Shown: positions 26,548 through 32,000 of the stretch, in pieces
Numbering within the stretch: position 1 is the first letter of the stretch
Layout: the number at the start of each line of letters is the position of its first letter
Source: Candidatus Heimdallarchaeota archaeon B3_Heim
Lineage (GTDB): Archaea > Asgardarchaeota > Heimdallarchaeia > Hodarchaeales > Hodarchaeaceae
Assembly (NCBI GenBank): GCA_003144275.1
Contig: NJBF01000037.1
Location: 1 to 32,000 of the forward strand
DNA length: 32,000 bases
Reading direction: 5' to 3'
Notes under the pieces: model-generated
The model's input: the letters and a program-made list of their open reading frames with translations, nothing else
The model's database searches: none
What the model was told of the DNA's origin: nothing
Made by a program: the position numbers and the translations under genes

Positions 26548-27369
26548 TCAATCATAGTCATATTCTAAGAACATTGTTTTCCCTTCTGCTAAGGGTAGTA
26601 GTGTGCTGATTAATTCCGGAAGACTTTCTAAAGGACAGTTTAAAACTTCATGACGAGGTTCTTCCCATGTTTTCAAATCTTTTTTTAGCCTGAAGATTTT
26701 GAATCCATAATTTCTTCTGGATATTTTAGTTGGATCAATAACGAGGGCTATCGGCGCCGCGAGTTGAGATCCTTTAGTTCCTAATTTTTGATAGCGAACT
26801 TGTGTTCTATAATCCGTTGTACTCATAAATGCTCCATAAGAAGGATGTGAATGGTACCATCCAAGAATTAGTTCCTTTTTCTTCCTACTTTCATTAAATA
26901 CTCGCACCATGCTTTGGGGATCCTCGATTTGGGCATTAACATTTGTGCCATGACCTACTGGAAATGCATCTGTAATCACCAGACACGCAAGGGGAGTGTC
27001 TTTATTTTCAATATGTCCTGTTAACAGCCCTATAACTTCAACCCATTCTACTTGAGGAATTGTTGAATTTGCATACTTTAGAGCATGGAGACTTAGACGG
27101 ATATAGGCTTTTAATTGAAGTTTCACTCTTGCTGGATCAATTTCAGGATCTAGATCATCAATATCGAGTAAGTCTTCTTCTCCCTGAGTGCGGTCATTTT
27201 TCAACGAAAACGTCTCCTCTGAAGGAGGAATTTTTTTGGATTCAGTAGTCGGGAATTTTAAAGTAAGAGTTAAATTATCTGGATCATAATTCATGGAGGT
27301 ATCTCTCAGAAGAAGTTCGAATAAATTCCGCGGTTTTTCTTTTTTTTTATCTGGCATCAAATAGACCAC
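26548..27369 (-). CDS. JAB1/MPN/Mov34 (JAMM) metalloprotease, Rpn11/CSN5-like
   Basis: EVIGLL...GWYHSHPSYGAFMSTTD...LVIDP JAMM motif. Confidence 0.92.
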   Translation of the reverse strand: MVYLMPDKKKEKPRNLFELLLRDTSMNYDPDNLTLTLKFPTTESKKIPPSEETFSLKNDRTQGEEDLLDIDDLDPEIDPARVKLQLKAYIRLSLHALKYANSTIPQVEWVEVIGLLTGHIENKDTPLACLVITDAFPVGHGTNVNAQIEDPQSMVRVFNESRKKKELILGWYHSHPSYGAFMSTTDYRTQVRYQKLGTKGSQLAAPIALVIDPTKISRRNYGFKIFRLKKDLKTWEEPRHEVLNCPLESLPELISTLLPLAEGKTMFLEYDYD

Positions 27370-27402
27370 TTTTGCTGGTACTTTACTAATCTTCTCAAAT
27401 CC

Positions 27403-27930
27403 TCACCACTTCTTTTTTGCATACTTCTTAGTGATTTTTTTAGCCTTTTCTTTGAATTTACCCTTATTTTTCAGGTATTCCACTGCAGCTTTCTTGTTAA
27501 AAACATCATGAGGGTTGGTGTAAGCTTCATCAATATTGAACATGGCTAAAATTGAGTATATCACTGTGGTAACGTTTTTTGACGGAGACCATCCTTGTGG
27601 TTTCCCTACCAAGTCGGGGTCGACTAATCCAAGACAAATATTCCGTTTTCCCTTGTATTCATCAGGTTTGGGCCAAAAATTCGGGTGCCAAATCGGGGTA
27701 TGTAATCTTACGAAAGGAGGAGAATAGGGGTAATTGGAACCAAATTTGATTTCGAGCATAAACTTCCCGTCTTGGTAGGGAGTACCTTTTGGACCTTCGA
27801 GAAGAATAGCTAAGTGCTCTACACTTTTTTTCTCTCCTGGGAAAGCTTTTAGCTGTTTAATCGTCTTTTGCTTGTAAAGAGTTTTTAATTGATTATAATC
27901 TTCTGCAATACGTTTAATGCGAATAGACAT
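27403..27930 (-). CDS. Ubiquitin-conjugating enzyme E2
   Basis: GPKGTPYQDGKF...YPYSPPFVRLHTPIWHPN...ICL...WSP UBC-fold motifs with catalytic Cys. Confidence 0.95.
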   Translation of the reverse strand: MSIRIKRIAEDYNQLKTLYKQKTIKQLKAFPGEKKSVEHLAILLEGPKGTPYQDGKFMLEIKFGSNYPYSPPFVRLHTPIWHPNFWPKPDEYKGKRNICLGLVDPDLVGKPQGWSPSKNVTTVIYSILAMFNIDEAYTNPHDVFNKKAAVEYLKNKGKFKEKAKKITKKYAKKKW

Positions 27931-27936
27931 GATAAA

Positions 27937-29175
27937 TTAACCTTCTAACTTTAGTGTAAGATATGCTTGTGATCCATCGTCAAAACCTGTTACAAGAACT
28001 GTCTCACAATCCCTTATTTCAGCTTGAGATATTGTTTGTTCCATAGATATTTCCCCAACTTCAGAAGAATCAATCCTAAATATCATAGGAGGAAATTCAG
28101 GGTCAATTGGGTAATTTTTATTATGAGAAAATTTCTCTATTAACCGTGTTAAAGGAAAGTTTCGTTTAACTTTGATACGAAACATTGAAGTTCTTCCCCG
28201 TCCACACATCTCGCATTTGGGATTACGTGGTTTTTCAATCTCATAAAATTTACCCGTTAAACCATTATAAATCAAATAGTTCAATTGGATATTCCCCAAT
28301 TTCTTATCTGGCTCTGGTGTGTGAATATGATGTAGTATTTTGACAGCCTCTTGTGATTGAAGAGATGCCATTACGCAATTTATCGTGATAACTGTCGGCT
28401 CGTGATTATCAATTATCTGAATAATCTGGTTGATCGAAAATTGCTCTTCTTGGGGAAAATATTCTTTGAGAAGTTTATTTGCATATAAAACCACATCTTT
28501 AACTTCATTTGACTTTAGAATATTAACTGGTTTTCCGTGTTTTTGTTCGAAGTGTAACTGTCCTTTAAGAATACAATGAGCTGGTCTACGAGGTTTTCCC
28601 ACAAGTGTACATGCTCCAAGCTGATCTTGATTACGTTCAGTTAAAGGATCACACTCCAAGCATGCGTTATTGAACGGAGAAACTACATATGTATGGCCAT
28701 TGTACACTGAAGTGCCTGCATCAATGAGATATTTCTTGTTATGAACTGCTCTTCGATTTAATTCAGATCTAGCTTCAATAGAGTCAAGACCAGCAATATA
28801 AAAATCGACCTTGCTGTAAATATGAGGAGGTACATCTTGTAAGGGGCAATCATAAGCATCAATGGTGATGAATGGATTCATTTCACGAAGTCTTTTCGCT
28901 GCGATCTTTGCTTTTGAAGCACCCTCTGGTGCACCAATAAACAATATCTGACGATTCAAATTTGAATATTCTATTGTATCAAGATCCACAAGTATTAAGT
29001 GTCCAACACCAACCATAGCCAAGTTTTTAGCTATTTCTACGCCTAAGCCCCCTATTCCCGCAATGAGGACTGAGCTTTGTTTTAGAATTTCCTGGTTCCA
29101 TCCAGGAAGACGAAATTGACGATCAAAGCGTCGTTTTTCCTCATGTGTTAGTGTTTTACTTGTGAAATTTGACAT
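27937..29175 (-). CDS. Ubiquitin-like activating enzyme E1 (ThiF fold, UBA3-like catalytic-Cys region, C-terminal extra domain)
   Basis: RFDRQ, GIGGLG, DLDTIEYSNLNRQ, CLEC and CEMC Zn pairs, and ACTLVGKPRRPAHC (PxCTxxxxP-like). Confidence 0.93.
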   Translation of the reverse strand: MSNFTSKTLTHEEKRRFDRQFRLPGWNQEILKQSSVLIAGIGGLGVEIAKNLAMVGVGHLILVDLDTIEYSNLNRQILFIGAPEGASKAKIAAKRLREMNPFITIDAYDCPLQDVPPHIYSKVDFYIAGLDSIEARSELNRRAVHNKKYLIDAGTSVYNGHTYVVSPFNNACLECDPLTERNQDQLGACTLVGKPRRPAHCILKGQLHFEQKHGKPVNILKSNEVKDVVLYANKLLKEYFPQEEQFSINQIIQIIDNHEPTVITINCVMASLQSQEAVKILHHIHTPEPDKKLGNIQLNYLIYNGLTGKFYEIEKPRNPKCEMCGRGRTSMFRIKVKRNFPLTRLIEKFSHNKNYPIDPEFPPMIFRIDSSEVGEISMEQTISQAEIRDCETVLVTGFDDGSQAYLTLKLEG

Positions 29176-29200
29176 ACCATTTGCTCCTCTGAGAGTGGGA

Positions 29201-29551
29201 TTATCCTGCAGTACTTACAGGAATAATTAGGACTTCTAGTCCATCTTCCAGATCATAATTTGACAATACATCATCCGAATCCAATGTTCGTCCACTAATT
29301 GAAAGGTGAAAGTCTTGTGTATCTAGTGCAAATATTTCACCAACTGTTGCGGCTAATTCTCGTACAGACAGTTCTGGATCTACAGTTAGTTTTTCTTGTT
29401 TTTCATGGCGTCCAATTGTTGATCGGAAGAATAATGTTATTCGTTGTCCATTTGGGATTTTGGAACGCGGAACTTTCGATTGTATCGATGAATCGTTTTG
29501 CCCCTCTTCCTCTTCTTCTTCAAATTCAATAAACTCTTCATTTTCCGACAT
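29201..29551 (-). CDS. Ubiquitin-like protein 1: acidic N-terminal extension, C-terminus ...PVSTAG
   Basis: Beta-grasp pattern (ITLFFRS...LTVDPELSVREL...FHLSISGRTLDSDDVLSNYDLEDGLEVLII). ATG at 29551 preferred over the track start at 29698. Confidence 0.88.
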   Translation of the reverse strand: MSENEEFIEFEEEEEEGQNDSSIQSKVPRSKIPNGQRITLFFRSTIGRHEKQEKLTVDPELSVRELAATVGEIFALDTQDFHLSISGRTLDSDDVLSNYDLEDGLEVLIIPVSTAG

Positions 29552-29800
29552 AATTACGGCTTCCCTAGTATTCTCGGTGATAAATTCTGGAAAGATTTTG
29601 TCCTTAACTTTCGGAGGTGTTCCAGTTCTTAAAATTTGTAAAGAGAATACAATCAGTTTCATCGTAATCCTTCCATAAATATCTATCTGAATTTTCAACT
29701 ATATGCCAGTTAATTGGGATTGAAGAGTTTCTATCTAGTTTTAATTATTTTCAACCTTTTATTTTTGCAAAAATTGGGAAAAAGTGAATTAATCCCCTTA

Positions 29801-30154
29801 TTAATTCCATCCAGCGGTTGAATGAGGAATTAAGAGGATTTCATCACCATTTTCGATTCCATAATCTCCGATTGGAGAGCTTTCATCCAGAGTTCGTCCA
29901 GCATGAGATAAGTGAAAATCATCTGGATCTAATCCAAATATATTCGCTAGTGTATCTCGGACATCTCTCACGGGTGTTTTTTCACCGACGGAGAGTTTCT
30001 CTGTTCTCTCAGGGCCAACGGTTGATTTAAAGAAAATATTCTTCTTGGGTCCAGAGGTAGTCCCTGTTACGGGTGTCTTCGACTGTGCAGGAGTTTTTGC
30101 CTTTACAGACGATGTTTCTTCAAGATCAAAATCTATATCTTCAAAGTCACTCAT
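29801..30154 (-). CDS. Ubiquitin-like protein 2: acidic N-terminal extension, C-terminus ...PHSTAG-WN
   Basis: Paralogue of Ubl1 (FFKSTVG...IFGLDPDDFHLSHAGRTLDE...YGIENGDEILLIP). Confidence 0.9.
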   Translation of the reverse strand: MSDFEDIDFDLEETSSVKAKTPAQSKTPVTGTTSGPKKNIFFKSTVGPERTEKLSVGEKTPVRDVRDTLANIFGLDPDDFHLSHAGRTLDESSPIGDYGIENGDEILLIPHSTAGWN

Positions 30155-30217
30155 TTTTTATTCACTTTTTTTTCATTTATTGATTGTGTTCCAATTATTT
30201 GTGATACATGGAACTCA

Positions 30218-30285
30218 TGTAACTTACGTAACCCACCCATTTATAAAACTTACGAAATACCCGTAACACCCGAAATCTATAAATA
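30218..30285. promoter_or_regulatory. Divergent promoter region with TATA-like boxes and 9-bp periodic CG(T/A)AA(C/T)-like repeats
   Basis: TTTATAAA at 30240-30247 and TATAAATA at 30278-30285. Hexamers at 30218, 30227, 30253, 30262 and 30271. Confidence 0.55.
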
Positions 30286-30322
30286 TGGGAATAATCAATA
30301 TTTCTTTTAAGAGGCAAGTTAA

Positions 30323-30703
30323 GTGTCGAAAGAAGCTCAAAATGTCAAGATTTCTAGTAAGGCATGGGAGATGCTTCGTTGGGCAAAATTTGAACTAACT
30401 GAGAAATCTTATAGCGATGTACTCATCAAATTAGATGGTACAATTCAGAACAGAGCTCATTCTCTTCAAGAGGAACTTAAGGAGTTTGATGAAGGTCGTC
30501 ATAGGATTGAAATGAAAATCCCAGGAGAAGGGAAAGTAACTAAAAGTTCGAAAACTATTCTACTAAGACCAGATGCTCATAAAATCTTAAGTCGTCTCAA
30601 ACTTGAAAGTAATACATCTGCGTACACATTTTCAGATGCTATTGAGTTTCTGATAAAACAAAATTCAGCTATTTGGGAAAGTATTCCAGATCGCTTGAAA
30701 TAA
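30323..30703 (+). CDS. Putative DNA-binding protein with two tandem RHH/VapB-antitoxin-like repeats
   Basis: NVKISSKAWEMLRWAK...SYSDVLIKL and TILLRPDAHKILSRLK...TFSDAIEFLI both fit the [KT]TI.I....Y..L...K...SFSDVI..L pattern. GTG start. Confidence 0.65.
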   Translation: MSKEAQNVKISSKAWEMLRWAKFELTEKSYSDVLIKLDGTIQNRAHSLQEELKEFDEGRHRIEMKIPGEGKVTKSSKTILLRPDAHKILSRLKLESNTSAYTFSDAIEFLIKQNSAIWESIPDRLK

Positions 30704-30782
30704 TTCAATCTCGTTATTTTTTCCTTTTTTCACCAGAGAAAAAAGGGGATTTATGAAATTTGGGTGGAATTTGAGAAAAACT

Positions 30783-31241
30783 TCAAATTCCAATTTTCCA
30801 GAAATCAATAATTTGGTCCGCATGTTCCGCTGATTTAACTTTATCATGCCCTTCTGCGCCATAAATACCCTCAATTAGCCCTTCTTCATTGATTAGATAT
30901 GTAATTCTTGCAACTCTGTTTCCTCGTTTAAAGGCACCAAATTTTTTCGCTAGGGCTAATTTTTCATCCATTAAAAGTGGGAAAGGTAGTTTAAACTTAT
31001 CTATGAATTTTTGATGTGACTTAGGATTTCCTCCTGATACTCCGTATACTGCTATTCCTTTATCTAGAAACATCTGATAATTGTCTCTAAAGGAACAGGC
31101 TTCTTTCGTACAACCTGGAGTATTATCTTTGGGATAAAAATAGAGGACATACTTAGTACCTTTCAGGCTTTCAGAATCGATTTTAGTTCCTGCTTGTGAT
31201 TTTGTTGTGAATTCAGGGGTAGGATCTCCTACTTTCAACAT
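30783..31241 (-). CDS. bcp: Thioredoxin-dependent peroxiredoxin (Bcp/PrxQ)
   Basis: LYFYPKDNTPGCTKEACSFRD with peroxidatic and resolving Cys. Confidence 0.93.
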   Translation of the reverse strand: MLKVGDPTPEFTTKSQAGTKIDSESLKGTKYVLYFYPKDNTPGCTKEACSFRDNYQMFLDKGIAVYGVSGGNPKSHQKFIDKFKLPFPLLMDEKLALAKKFGAFKRGNRVARITYLINEEGLIEGIYGAEGHDKVKSAEHADQIIDFWKIGI

Positions 31242-31456
31242 CTTTTTAATCTCCTTTTTCCTTCTTAAACATTCTATCTTAATAAAGTGAGAATTTATTA
31301 TACACTAATAACCTGATTTCTACTATTTCGAAAAATTTAACATTAAAAAACCTAAATTAATCTATACTCTAGATTTAATAAATTTCAAATACTATTCAAT
31401 CTTATTGACTTGTGAAGACAGTAGAATTAATTTTCTTTGAATAGGTGTGTTAATCT

Positions 31457-32000
31457 TTGGTACGAATCCGTAACTTGATATGTTATTTCATTATATCAGT
31501 CTTATTCGTAAATTTTCCTCATTTTATGAATAATCGTGCCGTCCCAAACTCCTTTGGGGTTAATCAAGGGGAGAATATAGAATTTGCTGTTATTGAGAAG
31601 CCAGAAAGGCCTGAATTTACCTTAGGCTCCTCTTTTCCTCTTGGTATCAACATTAGTGATATTAGAGCATTATCGATTCTAACAATGGAAAATTTCACTC
31701 TTCAACCCGTTTTCAATCCTCTTCCTCCTGAAAATACGAATTTCACTTTAAAAATAATTGAATTAGAGGAGACTTCCAACATTGGAAAAATCAATGTTTC
31801 ATACCAAGTCAGTGAAAATTCTTCTCTCGGAAAGGATGAGTATCAGCTCACACTCCACAATTTATTAGGTGAACCATTCATATCAACCGACTGGCAGGAA
31901 TGGATTCAGGTTGTAGACTCTTTATCGACAAAAGATTCCGTGGATGGAAAGAAAATCGAACAGGTCTCTTATAGTTTAACAGATCAAACCTTTAAAACAT
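31457..32000 (+). CDS. 5' part of a secreted surface protein, running off the window
   Basis: TTG at 31457 after AGGTG. MVRIRNLICYFIISVLFVNFPHF...SFGVNQGENIEFAV...; frame open to the window end. Confidence 0.7.
   Translation, partial: MVRIRNLICYFIISVLFVNFPHFMNNRAVPNSFGVNQGENIEFAVIEKPERPEFTLGSSFPLGINISDIRALSILTMENFTLQPVFNPLPPENTNFTLKIIELEETSNIGKINVSYQVSENSSLGKDEYQLTLHNLLGEPFISTDWQEWIQVVDSLSTKDSVDGKKIEQVSYSLTDQTFKT

Noticed and set aside
890-30874. Many short opposite-strand or alternate-frame ORFs nested in larger genes (e.g. 890, 2252, 4257, 7925, 12791, 14357, 20300, 24105, 27060, 29299, 29818, 30045, 30665)
   Set aside because: They are contained in or overlap well-supported genes and have no motifs; treated as shadow ORFs.
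1-32000. CRISPR array, tRNA or rRNA genes
   Set aside because: No regularly spaced 25-45-bp direct repeats, cloverleaf or rRNA-length conserved sequence was seen by eye. tRNAscan-SE and cmscan were not run.

Overview
AT-rich, gene-dense archaeal window. A histone, two longin/roadblock-like domains, CTERM-type surface proteins and a complete E1-E2-RING-JAB-Ubl ubiquitin-like operon point to an Asgard archaeon (inference; probably Heimdallarchaeia/Hodarchaeales-like). Two things stand out. (1) A ~360-bp non-coding mobile element occurs three times: 1-126 (truncated by the window edge), 19131-19497 (+) and 22165-22527 (-). Each visible end is CATG. The ends carry symmetric sub-terminal TTGTC-N-GACAA palindromes, and the interior shows compensatory and G.U-compatible substitutions, suggesting a structured RNA. 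The two complete copies split protein genes that are restored in frame when the element plus one CATG is removed. (2) A minus-strand operon (23405-30154) encodes two Ubls ending in STAG rather than GG, a UBA3-like E1, an E2, a JAMM protease, a multi-pass membrane RING E3, two membrane proteins and a Lys/Pro-rich repeat protein. It is divergent from a tandem RHH-like regulator across an intergenic region with 9-bp periodic repeats. Also present: an adaA-ogt pair, agmatinase, Bcp, a missed 54-aa Zn-finger gene and a COG2085-like pseudogene remnant. No rRNA, tRNA or CRISPR array was seen. All product calls come from motif recognition, not database searches.
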